From the NCBI RefSeq assembly GCF_004010195.1, contig NC_057720.1:24550746-24614745 (forward strand): a stretch of DNA of 64,000 nt, read 5' to 3'. The notes under the pieces are model-generated. The model made no database searches, was not told the DNA's origin, and worked only from the letters and a program-made list of their open reading frames with translations. Made by a program: the position numbers and the translations under genes. Source of the stretch: Chiloscyllium plagiosum (Eukaryota). Positions 39,310-51,700 of the stretch are shown here, piece after piece (within the stretch, counting starts at the first letter, position 1; every line of letters begins with the position of its first letter).

Positions 39310-39600
39310 TATCTCGCCGCTTATGAAGCACTGAAACACCCAGTGAGGTTCACACTCCGGGCCTTACCTTCCCCTTGAGGTCGAGAACGAAAACAGCCGA
39401 GGCTGACATGATCCTCCGAGCAGCTCAAGAACCAGCCAAGTCCCAGTTGCCGGTAGGGTGCTGTCTGTCGCCTCGCCGTGGTTAGACTTGTTTCCGTATC
39501 CTCCGCGTCATGGACACCGACACCGACAGCTTTTGTAACTCCAGGCAACGGGAGCATGATCGCATGGAACGGGGGCGAACATCCGTCCGTGTATCATCAC
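39310..39600 (-). promoter_or_regulatory. CpG-rich promoter / 5' UTR region of the AP-1 mu gene
   Basis: Local CpG cluster (e.g. gtcgcctcgccgtg, ctccgcgtc, accgacaccgac, gggggcgaac) around coding exon 1 in otherwise CpG-depleted DNA. The TSS cannot be located. Confidence 0.6.
39368..39409 (-). CDS. ap1m: AP-1 complex subunit mu, coding exon 1 (MSASAVFVLDLKGK)
   Basis: Minus strand reads ATG TCA GCC TCG GCT GTT TTC GTT CTC GAC CTC AAG GGG AAG|gtaagg. This is 42 nt, phase 0, and matches the mu1 N-terminus. The paralog (ap1m1/2/3) is not resolved. Confidence 0.95.
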
Positions 39601-39819
39601 AGCACATGAACATTCAAATACTGAACTGCACAGCACAGCACAGGGGGAATCGAGATGCTAGAATGCAGAGCCATGGATGCATTAGATACAGACACAGTCA
39701 ATGACAATTCTGTGCACAAGACAGAGATGCCAATGTTGCTGTGAATATGGATGCTCCTTCCTGGCTCTGCCCTTTAGTCCACCCCATTCCTCCTCACCCT
39801 TCCTAAGGGCTTAAGTCTT

Positions 39820-41385
39820 AGGAGCAGAAATAGATCATTCAGTCAATGGAGTCTGCTTCCCATTCAGAATCATAGAGTTGTACACCACTTCTGATCCAAC
39901 ACGTCCTTGCCGACCAGATATCTTAAATTAATCTAATCCCATTTGCCTCTTATCCCTCTAAACGCTCCATAACCATCCAGATGCCTTTTAAATGTCGTAA
40001 CTGTAGCCATCTCCACACTTGCTGTGGCAACTCATATATATGCTTTGTGTGAAAAAGTTGCACCTCACCCTCACCTTAGGTTCCATTTAAATCTTTCCCC
40101 TCTCTCCTTAAAGCTGTGCCCTTTAGTTTTGGACCCCTAACGTAGGGAAAAGACCTTGACTAGTCACTATCCACACCCCTCATGATTTTATAAAATCCTA
40201 TGAGGTTACTCCTCAACCTCTGGTGCTCAGGGAGAATTAGCCCCAGCTTATTTAGCCTCTCCCTCTGGCTCAAACCCTCCAACCCTGGCAACATCCTTGT
40301 AAATCTTTTCTGAGCCTTTTCAAGTTTAACAACATCTTTCCTAAAACAGGGAGACTAGAATTGAATGCAGTATTCCAAACGTGGCCTAACCAATGTCCTG
40401 TACAGCTGCAAAATGACCTCCCTACTCCTGTACTCAATGCACTGACCACTATAGGTAAGCATACCAAACATCATCTTCAATGCATTGGCTACCTATGATT
40501 CCACTTTGAAGAAACTATGAACCTGCACCCCAAGGTCTATTTATTTGGCAACACTCCCTAGGACCCCACCATTAAGTGTATAAGTCCTGCCCTGACTTGA
40601 CTTACCAAAATGTAACACCTCACATTTATCTAAATTAAACATTATCTGGCATTTCTTGGCCATCTTACTAACCATCCTCCTATATTCACATCCAAATCGT
40701 TTCTATAACTGGCAATGAGCACTATAACATTCCACTTTCCTGTGTTTTCTTTGTAACACTTGATTGCTTTATTGATTAAAAATCTATTTCATAATTAAAT
40801 ATGCCAAATGACCCAGCCTCAACATCCCTCTGTGGTAAAGAGTTCCACAGATTCATGACCTTCTGAAATAAGAAATTCTTCCTCATCGCTGTCTTGATTG
40901 GGTAACCTTATTCTGAGATTAGGCCCTTGGTCCTTGACTCTCCCACAGGGGAAAACATCTTCTTTCCCCATCGGTCCTTTCTCTCTGCCTCACCTCCTTT
41001 CACACCCTTCTCCCCATTGCTCTGTGCTCCTCCTCCATACCCACTCTGCCCAGAGTGGCCAGCTCTCCTGTATTTTAAGGGATTGTCATAGAGATGTACA
41101 GCATGGAAACAGACCCTTCGGTCCAACCTGTCCATGCCAACCAGATATCCCAACCATGTCTAATCCCACCTGCCAGCACCCAGCCCATATCCCTCCAAAC
41201 CCTTCCTATTCATTTACCTATCCAAATGCCTCTTAAATGTTGCAATTGTACCAACCTCCACCACTTCCTCTGGCAGCTCATTTCATACATGTACCATCCT
41301 CTGTGTGAAAAAGTTGCCCCTTAGATCTCCTTTATATCTTTCCCCTCTCACCCTAAACTCTCTGACACCAGGGAAAAGACTGCCC
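39820..41385 (-). mobile_element. Cluster of CR1 3' fragments immediately upstream of the ap1m promoter
   Basis: Several CR1 RT C-terminal and 3' UTR pieces (about 39820-40660, 40720-40970, 41086-41385). Confidence 0.8.
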
Positions 41386-41639
41386 TTTTGTCAAAGTGAA
41401 ACAGTGTCATGTTCCTTGACGAACATCTTCTGAACCATACTTCCAGCATGTGACAGTCTCAGTTAAGTGATGTGAAAGGAGTATAAGTGACTTAGCCAAC
41501 TGAGAAATGATCATGTTGTGATCAAGATAATGCATACATTTTGGGTGCTTTAAATTCTCTGCTGAAATGCTTACCAGTATCACCTCCACTCCACCCTATC
41601 AAATCCCACAATTAAAGTGCCCATTATTTTATTTCATGG

Positions 41640-42130
41640 CAGCTGGTCACTCTGATTACATCCCTCCCCTGCTCCCAAACCTTCTCAAATCTTCATCCCC
41701 TTCCCTCTCTGCTCTTTCTCCCTTTCCACTCGGCACCTCATCCTCATTCCTTTCCAATACTCATTCTCCTCTCTATCCTCCTCCATCTGCCTATTTCTGT
41801 CCAATCCTTGTAACCCTTCCTCCAATCCTCATACTTCTCTCTCACTATACCTCCTTTCCATAACTCTTCCCCTCCACCTCTTCCTTCTGTTCCCTTCTCC
41901 TTCCCTTTGGTGCTCCTTTCCACTTCTAGTTGCCTCTCCTCATGGACTTTATCATTATTCACTGTCACATCTTCCTTCATTTTGCCTTCTTCCATCTCTC
42001 ATTATTCCTTTGCATTTACCCATTCCCCCTTCTCCCTCTTCCTTTTTCCTTTCCCTTACCGTTTCACTCACCTCCCCATTCTTCCCTATTAATTTGCCTC
42101 TTTCCATTCTACCTTCTCCCTTCCACTTTG
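41640..42130 (+). repeat. Pyrimidine-rich low-complexity tract (~500 bp)
   Basis: Strongly C/T-biased on + with no clean period. Confidence 0.75.
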
Positions 42131-44759
42131 CAAAAGTGTTTCTTTCAGATGAAAGGTTAAATCTGTTGCTGTAAATGTTAACAATTCTGTTCTTTGTTTG
42201 AAGAAAAAAAAGAACATTTTCCTTGAGTTGTGACAACATTTCGCCCTCGAGTAATGTCATGAAAATGAGATCAACTCATCGCTGTTTATGAGATGCTGCT
42301 AGGATTGGGCGATTACATTTTCGAGGAAACCAACTGTGACGTGCTTTGATGTGACAGGATACTATATAAAAAGAGGACATATTATTGGTTTTATTTCCTG
42401 AACATTGAATGCTGCAGCGAATATACTCAGTACATTGTAGTAGTTTTCATAATTTCAAAATCAGCAATAATCAATCACGGAATATTATTAGAATGCATCA
42501 CAAATACAGGTCATTGCATTATAATCACTTGTGTAAAACAGATATATTTACATTTCCTAAATAAGATCATATTAGTGGAGCTTTGATTTCCCATCCTGTC
42601 TCTATTTGTCTTCCAATATAACATACAACCTCTTGTTACAGCTTTCACATCTTATACCGTTGCAATATTACACTGACATGTCTTCTGCAGTGAGACACCA
42701 CTACATTACTCAGATCTAAATGTTGTGTCAGACTGCTACAGTGATACATAAAAAGTACAGAGTTTACAGTTGTGAAAAATAAGTCTTTTCCAATATCAAT
42801 ATAATTTCACACTTCAATACGGTTGGGAATATGTTGTGCATGTGGAACTTGGAGTGTTAAACCCATCATTGTCTGCTTATTATCAAGGCCATGAACAGAA
42901 ATTCTGGTTGGTTTTATCTTCTGATGGCTGAAATTGTTCCATAGAATTTAATTATCAACTGAAACATGACATGCCATTGACCTATCTGTAGAAATGCCCA
43001 TTTTGTACTTCTCTTCTGTAAAGGTAAAGTTGCGATAGTCCTACTCTTTCATTAGAGAGAGAGAAAGAGAGATAGAGAGAGAAAAACTAATAGTGGTTTA
43101 ATATGAGGGTCACCACACCTTAAGCAAGGGGAGAAGTTGTACCCTTCATAGTAACCTCAGATGGTGTGGGAATGGAATCAGCACTGTTAACATTGCTTTA
43201 CATCACAAATTAGCTGTCTAGCCAACTAAGTTAACTGATCCCAATCATTGATCTAATTTCCACTCAAACTTTGCTTTGTTTGGTCACTTACACTTTTTAA
43301 AATCTGCTCCCAGAAATAGCTACTCATCTTTCAAATGGGCACATTATAGCCTTCTAGATTCAATGTTGTGTTGAACAATTTCAAATCCTAACCACCTCTC
43401 CTATTTTTAGCTTCTTTCTTTTTCATAGTACCATTCCTTTGTCCTTTGCATTCACATTTTCTTTTGCAATTTAATCTCCCCCACCTTCCATCCTCTGCCA
43501 GAGCTTTGCTCTTGTTCTTTCCTCCTGTCCCTCCTTTTCCTGCCCTGTGTACAGCTGTTACACCTCTAACTCTTGCCAGTTCTAAAGGTTCAGCTTTGTG
43601 TCTCTTCCCCACAGAAGCTGCAGCATTGGCTACACATTTCCAGCATTTTCTATTTACATTTCAGACTTCCAATATCTGCTGCATTTTTTTTCAGTTTGAA
43701 ATAATGGCCAAGGATATTAATCCAGCTTCAGAGAGTTGGAATACTGTAGAAATTAAAGCAAAGCTGCAGACTTGTGAACTCTGACTGATTGCCTCAGCTA
43801 TGTTTATTTTTTTAAATAAATCCTACAACATTAGTAGCAATCTATTTGTGTTTCTGCATGAGATTAACCTCTAAGGTTGCTTTCAGAAATAACAAAACAC
43901 CCTACGTTTTTTTCTTTTATTTTGCCTGCTTGTGGAGCTTGCACTGAAACTGATCTATTTCACTATTTTAGTTGGATTTAGCCTCCTTTGTATTGGTAAT
44001 AATTAAGTGTAGCATCTAAACTTTTGCAACGTTCAATTTCCCACATGAAGCAAAATGAAGAATACAGCTAAGTGACACTTTGCTGTTCATCTGTTTAAAG
44101 TACCAGTGGGCTGGTGTCTGTTACATAATGTAAAAGTCCGATGGTAGCCTTTTTGGATGGTTATTTAATCTCTAGTCCAGCCTGTTCTCTCAGACAACCA
44201 TAAACTGCCAATGGTAACATTGAATGATAGCTGAAAAATATGGTCTGAAATAATGCCCACTTCAGCTATTACATTGTTGACTTAATTCCAACAGGATGGA
44301 TGAACTGATAGCCCACTGAGATTAGGATTTCCACAGCTAGCAATATTACAAATTTAATGTAATTCCATAGAAGGTCTTTCTGAAAGTTCATTAATAAGTT
44401 ATTAAGAAGTTTTAACAAACAATGGACTGTTTGTTGGTCATTTTACTACCAGGTATCGGGGAGTGGAAAAATAATTAAATCTGGAAAGATTGAGAATTAA
44501 CTTCTAATTTTTTTCTTTAAATCATTGATTATTCCAATCAATATATCCTCAACAGTCACTTTTGTAATTATGACATGCATGTTTCATTTAGTCCTAGGCA
44601 TTTTTCAAATTTCAATGGCTTAACTACATTTTTCCTTAAATACTATGTACCATCATTGCTTATGGGATGTTTTAAAGTCATGAAAAATATAAAAGTAATT
44701 TGTTTTCCTCGTCCACAGGCATTTGAAAACTTCTCTTATATTCTTCTGTGAGTATTAGA

Positions 44760-47700
44760 AGGTAGATAGGAACAGCAGTAGACCATTCAGCCCCTCAAAC
44801 CTGTTCCACCATTCACTGAAGACATGGTTGATCTGTGACCTAACCTCTCCCCACCCTTGCCTCATATCTCTTAATATTTTTGATTAACAAAAATCTCAGG
44901 TTTAAAATTAACTAACAATCTAGCACCAAGTACCAATTACACAGTGAGGTCCAAATCTTTATCAGTTTATGCCTAGAAGTATTTCCTAATTCTATCCTGA
45001 GTATAAAAGCCAGTATTCTATTTTGATTATGTTCTTGCTTCCCATTCATGCCATTTTAATGATCTAGGTACCTTGACCCTCTAAGTTTCTTTGCATCCCA
45101 GTGTTGCTATCAGTTGTTTGCCATTCATAAACATTCCTTCTTCGATCCAAAATGGGTGATCTCACAGTTGTCTCCAATGAAATCTATTCACTTAACTATC
45201 AACATTTTTCAGTGTTAAGTTACTTTCTAATCAATGTTTTCAGAGATATTATTATACACCGCTGGGACAGGTTGGACATGAACTTGAACCTCTTGACTCA
45301 GAAGTATGGATACTGCCAGTGCACCACAAGATCCATCATTTATGAGCCAAGATATTTTTTAATCAACCTGTCCAGAGATTTTACATCACACTTCTGAAGC
45401 AGGTGGAGCTCAACTTCCGGATTCCTGGCTCAGAGATAGGGACATTACCATGGTTTGATCTACATTTCTTGCAACATTGACTATCTCCATGTCTTCAGTA
45501 AATTTGGATATGTAGCTTTTAAACTCATCAATTAAGTCAATAGTTAAACCAGTGAGTAGTTGAAACACTAAGGCAAAATCTTGTAGGACATCACTCATAA
45601 CATTTCACCAAATAGGCGACCTGGCCATTATCCCTAATCTCTGACTCTTGTTGTTCAGATAATTACAGCATAATGTCAATACTTTTCCTTCAATTCTTTG
45701 AGATTCAACTCAAACTAATTCACTCTTGCAATGAACATTTTTCAAATGTCTTCTGGAAAGCCATATAAATAAGATCCATTAACAATCCCCAGCCTGTTAC
45801 TTCAGTCTCCATTTCAAAATGTTCATTCAGATTTTTTGATCTTGATCTCCCTTGTATAAAGCCTCATAGCTCTCTCTGATCAGTCATGGATTTTCGAGGT
45901 ATTTAGTCACCCTATCCATAACTACAATCGCAAATTTTCTATTAATGGATGTTAGGCTAAACTACCTTTATTTCTCCAGTTTTCTTTTATCATATTTAAT
46001 AAAATTGCAGTGTGTGATATTTTCCAATCTAAAGGAAGGCGTCTGGATCAAAAGAAATTTAGAAAAGTAGTTTAAACATCCACATTATCCTTGGCTATTT
46101 CTTTTACACAGTGAGACAGAAACCCATCTGATCCTTGTGATATTTAATGTTATTCACACACAAGCATGTGAATTACTGAGCAGGAATAGGCCATTTAGCC
46201 CTTTAAGCTTGCTCTACCATTTAATAAGATTATGGCTGATCTAATTGTAACCACAACTCTACATTTCCACCTAATCCCAAATGCCTTTCATTGCCTTGCT
46301 TACCAAGAATCAATCTATATCAGCCTCAAAAATATTCAAAAACTCTACTTCACAACCCTTTGATTTAGTACCATATGAATACCATTTGGAAATCTAAATA
46401 CAGTACATCCATGAATTCTAATTTACAGTACATTACTTCTTTAAAGAGCTTGAATAAATTGATAAAACACAATTTCCTTTTCTCCACATGATGCTGACTG
46501 TTTGATTACTTTGAATTTTTCTAAGTGCCCTGCTACAACTTCTTTAATAATAGATTCTAACATTTCCCTATGACAGATGTTAAGCTAACTGGCCTGTCAT
46601 ATCCTGTTTTTTTTTAATCTCCCCTCCCATGCAAAATATCTTCTCAATTCATCTCCTTAGTTTCCATTATTAATTCCCCAGACTGATATTGTATATGAGC
46701 AAAGTTCATTTTGTTAACTCTTTTCCTCTTCGTGGATGCATTATCTGTTTTTATATTTCTAGTTAGCTTTCTGTCATCACTTTTTAAAAATGTTCTGTTC
46801 AATCTTCTGGCCTGGTACACACCTTTGCATAATTAACTACTTTTTATCTCATAATATCCTTAACTTTTTTGGTTAATCATGGATAGTGATTGCAATTACT
46901 TTTAGTAATGTAAAAATGAGTAGTAGAAATAGACCATTCAGCGCTCAAGCCTTCTCTACCATTCAATATGATCATGTCTGATCCTCTAAACTAATGCAAT
47001 ATTCCCGCTTTCCCTTCATTCCTCTTGATGGCTTTAAAATCTTTTAAAAATCCTATTTCTTTCTTGAATATATGCAATTACTTGACCACCACAACCTTCT
47101 ATGGTAAAACAATTCCACACGTTCACTACCCTATAATTGAAGAATCTTTTCCTAATCTCAGTCCTAAATGGTCTACCATATATCCTGAGACTACATCCTT
47201 TCAGAAAATATCTTCCCTGCATCTAATGTGTCCAGCTTCAGCCCTCCTATAGTTTTATACATATCGATCAGATCCTCTTTCATCCTTCTAAATTCTACTG
47301 AACACAGACTCAATCAAATCAATCCCCCTTGTAGGACAGTCCTGCCAGATGTATTATTTATTCATGGGATGAGGACATCACTGGGTAAGCCCAGAATTGA
47401 TTGCCCATTCCCAATTGCCCAGAAGGCAGTTAAGAGTCAACCACATTGCAGCAGGTCTGAAGATATATGTAGGCCCAGACCAGGTAAGGATGACAGTTTA
47501 CGTCCCTAAAGGACATCAGTAAACCAAATGAGTTTTTCCAATAATGGACGATGGTTTCATGGTCATCATTAACTCTTAAGTCCAGATTTTGATTGAATTC
47601 AAATTCCACATCTGCCATGTGGGATTTTTACCCGGGTCCCTAGAATATTACCAGGGTCTCTGGATTAACATTCCAGGGATATTGCCTCCCAGTCCTCAGT

Positions 47701-49780
47701 GGAAACCTTGTGAACCCCCACTGCATTCTCTCAATGGTAAGTATGAGATTCAGGTACAATATCACCAAGATGCTGGGTAACTTTAGTTAAACATCCCTAC
47801 TTCTAAACTAAATTCTCCTGCAATGCAAGTTAATGTACCATTTGCCTTCCTAATTACTTGCTGTCTACTTTCATTGCCTGTTATACAAAGACATCCATTA
47901 CCCTCAATATATCACCATTTAAATAATAATCTGCTTTTCTATTTTTCACAGCAAAGTGTATAACTTAACATTTAGCTGCATTTTACTGCATCTGCTATGT
48001 GTTTGCTCACCCACACAACTTGTATAAATTACCTTGAAGCTTCCTTGTACCCTCTTCACAACTGGAGTCCAGTTTTATGTCAGAGAGTCATACTGCTTAG
48101 AAACAGACCCTTCAGCCCAACTCATCCAAATCAATCCTTGTAAATCTTTTTTGCACCCTTACCAGTTGAATTTCACCCTTTCTATCGAAGTGCAACCAGA
48201 TGGGCACACAGTACTCCAAATGTGGCCTTACCAGGCGTAACATGGCATCCTAATACCTGTACTCAATGCTCTGATCGATGAAAGCAAGCATGTCAAATAT
48301 CTTCTTCACCCCCTGTCTATTTGTGATGCTACTTTAAATGAACTATATACTTGTACCCCTCAGTCTCTCTATTTGACAATAGTCCCCAAGCCCTACCATT
48401 AACTGCGTAAGTCCTGCCCTGATTTGTCTTACCAAAATGTAACACCTCGCATAGACTAAACTCCATCTTCCATTCCTCAGCCCACTGGCCCAATTGATCA
48501 GGATTCCATTGTACTCTTAGATAACCTTCTTCACTGTCCACTATGCCACCAATTTTGATGTCATCTGTAATCTTACTAACCATGCTTTTTATATTATCAT
48601 CCAAACCATTTACATAAATGATGATTAACAGTGGATCCAGCACCTGTCATTGTGGCTCACCACTGGTCAAGGCCTCCAGGCTGAACAAGAACCCTCTACA
48701 CCTCTCTCTGTCTCCTGCTGTCAAGCCAATTTTGTATCCAATTTGCTAGCCCTGCCTGGATCCCACATCATCTAAACTTACCATGCAAAAACTTGTCAAA
48801 GTCCATGTCGACAAAGTCTACTAATCTGCCTTCATCCACCTTCTTGGTCACCTCTTCAAACTTGGAAATGATACATTTGGTTCCCTGATCCAAGTCATTT
48901 ACATAGATTGTAGCTAACTGAGGCCCAAGAACTGATCCTTATGGTACAACACTTATAACTGCCTACCATTTATTCACATTCTCTCACCTTAATTTCTCAC
49001 TGAAATATATCGAAACTGTCTATTCTGAAATATTCCTTTTAATATTTGCAATTGCATCTCTTTTGACCTAACCCTTTGTCTAGTGTAGAGTTCACTTTAG
49101 CCAGATTTGTTTTCTTGCCTTCAGAACTGTTCTTGTTTAAGTTTAAAATATTAGTCTTGGACCCACTCGTCCCTCCTTCAAACTGAATGCATGTTATAGT
49201 ATGATCACAGCAATCCAGGGGCACATTTGCTATATGGTCATTGATTAATCCTCTCTTGTTGCATAATATCTATGGCTGCTGTCTAGTTGACCCTATATAT
49301 TGTTCTAAGGAACCATCATCAAAACATTTTATGAATTTCTCTTCGAGGCTATGTTTGCGCATCTGATTTTTGTAGTCTGTATGTTGATTGACATCCCCAA
49401 TGATTATCACTGTACATTACTGAAAACTCCTATTAATTCTTCCTTTACACTCCATCCTATCATTTTGTTACTTTTTGGGAGCCTGTATATCACCATAGGT
49501 CTTTCCTTTGTCAATTCTCACCTTAACACAAACCACTTCCACTTCCTGGTTTTCAAAGCTTAGATCTCCACTCTTGTGCTGATGCACCTATTAACTAACA
49601 GCGACACCCACCACCTTTTTTCAGATTCCTGCCTATCATACATGTCCCATACCTTTCAAGATTCACGTCCCAATCAATGTTGTCCTGTAACCATGCCTCT
49701 GTAATGGCTATCAGGTTGTAGGTCTTTATTTCTATTTGAGCTATCAGTTCATTTGTTCTGAATGCTAAGTGCAATCAGAT
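44760..49780 (-). mobile_element. Mosaic of old CR1 LINE fragments (RT and EN regions)
   Basis: Decayed motifs SKFTED, SKITDDIKIGG and LHFGKTNQGR, plus several 3' UTR hairpin heads (44770, 46180, 46920). Confidence 0.7.
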
Positions 49781-49784
49781 ATAG

Positions 49785-50692
49785 TGTGATGATACCATGG
49801 CTTTAAGAGAGTATTTTGTCCTGAGTTTTTTGAAGAGCGGTTTTAAGACAGAGGTGGACAGCTGTCTGTTCAAAGTCTATAAAGTAAACAGTTTGTGAGG
49901 CCTTGGGTTATTTTTAAATTTGGAACAATGGAAGCAGCATTGGGTGGAGTCAGGCTCCCACAGAAGGCTTTCAGTAGTTGTTGGGATTTTGAAGCAGCCC
50001 TGCTACAGCAAAACACTTGAGCTCTCTCTCTCTCTCTCTCTGCCAGAATTTTCTCTTGGTGTTCTTTCCTCCTGAACTGGAGAAACATTTCATATGAGAC
50101 AATCTATTTTACCGAATTTGCCTTTGCTTAGGGTGTGTTTATTAGATTAGATTCTCTACAGTGTGGAAACAGGCCCTAGAGCCCAACAAGTCCACACCGC
50201 CCCTCCGAAGAGAAACCCACCCAAAACCATACTCCTGACTAACACACCTAACACTGTGGGCAATTTAGCATGGCCAATTCACCTGACCTGCATATCTTTG
50301 GATTGTAGGAGGAAACCAGAGCACCACACAGACAGGCGGGAATCAAACCCAGAACCCTGGTGCTGTGAGGCAGCAGTGCTAACCACTGAGCCACCATGCC
50401 ACTCATAAATATGAAGTATTACTAAATTGGAACAGTCACTGTTTAGTAGTTAAATAATCTATTATTCTTTTAAATTTTCCTATCAAGTTAAAGTTACATC
50501 ATTTCTTCTTTCTTGTCTTTGTATTTAACTGTAGAGTAAGAATAAAGTGTATTTTGCTGAAAGCTGAATCGTGAAACCAATTGAGTTACATCCAGAACAC
50601 GGTGCCTTACGCTTGCCTTTAAATAAGATACAAATTAGGCTCTAGGTTACTTCCTTGATATATTTGAAGGGGGTTTATTTTGGCCCATCACA
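49785..50692 (+). mobile_element. Solo LTR with 4-bp TSD, carrying a nested SINE
   Basis: Perfect TGTGATG...CATCACA termini, ATAG duplicated (49781-49784, 50693-50696), AATAAA at 50541. Confidence 0.85.
50141..50400 (-). mobile_element. HE1-type V-SINE nested in the solo LTR
   Basis: attagattag tail and head gcagcagtgctaaccactgagccacc; internally deleted. Confidence 0.85.
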
Positions 50693-50913
50693 ATAGGACT
50701 ATTAGTTTAATCCTTTTATTATTTTTGTAATCTTTTACCTTATCTGTTGATTTGCTAGGAGATGTGAACTGTCTATCCCTCCTATCAGGGAATCAAGGGT
50801 TATGGAAAAAAGGCAGAAAAGTGGATTGATCAGGTTGTCTGATCATCCATGGTCTTGTTGAATAGCACAGCAGACTCAATGGGCTGAATGACCTACTTCT
50901 GCACTTTTGCTTT

Positions 50914-51700
50914 ATGCCCTTACAGTCTTATCCCAAATTTCTTTGTACTGTTTCCAGCGCTCACAAATTGGAAACCATTCCTCCCACGCAAGTCTTGATC
51001 CCCATTTGGAATTTTTTAATTTTATGTATGTTGTGTCAATTAGCATGTGGCTCAGGTAACAATCCAGTGTTTATTATCTTTGAGGTTCTACTTTTTTAAA
51101 ATTTGGTGCGTAGCTCCTTGTACTGACTTCTTTCCTTGTCTTCCCTATGTTGTTGGCACCTCCATGGAATGATGACTGGATCATCATTATTCCACTGCAA
51201 GGTCCCCTTAACCCTGAGCAGTTGGCCTGAATCATAGCACTGAGCAGGCAGCAGACTATGTGGTTTTCTCCTAGTTGTATAGACAGCGGTGTCAATCACC
51301 TCTCACTATACTCTCCCTACTTAGTGCCGCATTCGTTTTTGTTCCCTCCCTTTGAACAGCTTCCTTTACCATGGTCAGTTTGCTATCCACCCCGCAGGCG
51401 AAAGTGGGTACTGCAGATGCTGGAGATTAGAGTAGTGCTGCAAAAGCACAGCAGTTCAGGCAGCATCTGAGGAGCAGGAAAATCGATGTTTCGAGCAAAA
51501 GCCTTCATCAGGAAACAATCCACCCTGCAGCCCTCACTCCCATCCAAACAAACTGAAAGAACCTTAAACCTGATGAACAATTGCAAAGGCTGAACACCAA
51601 ACCTTTGGGTCTCCTTAGATGCCTTACTTGCAGTTACACTGTTGTCCTTAACCACTGACCATATCAACTAATGGGTGTTACTGGGTCTTCATTACTGTTA
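50914..51700 (-). mobile_element. CR1 ORF1 remnant (SGNH esterase-like domain)
   Basis: Frameshifted VCCLLSA...HGGANNIGKTRKEV... resembles the recalled CR1 ORF1 pattern VCCLPGA...HVGTNDIGRTRKEV. Confidence 0.6.
51398..51517 (-). mobile_element. 120-bp hammerhead-headed PLE-derived insertion with 13-bp TSD-like repeat
   Basis: Reverse complement ttcCTGATGAaggcttttgctcGAAAcatc plus tail. Flanks are atccaccccgcag (51385-51397) and atccaccctgcag (51518-51530). Confidence 0.8.
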
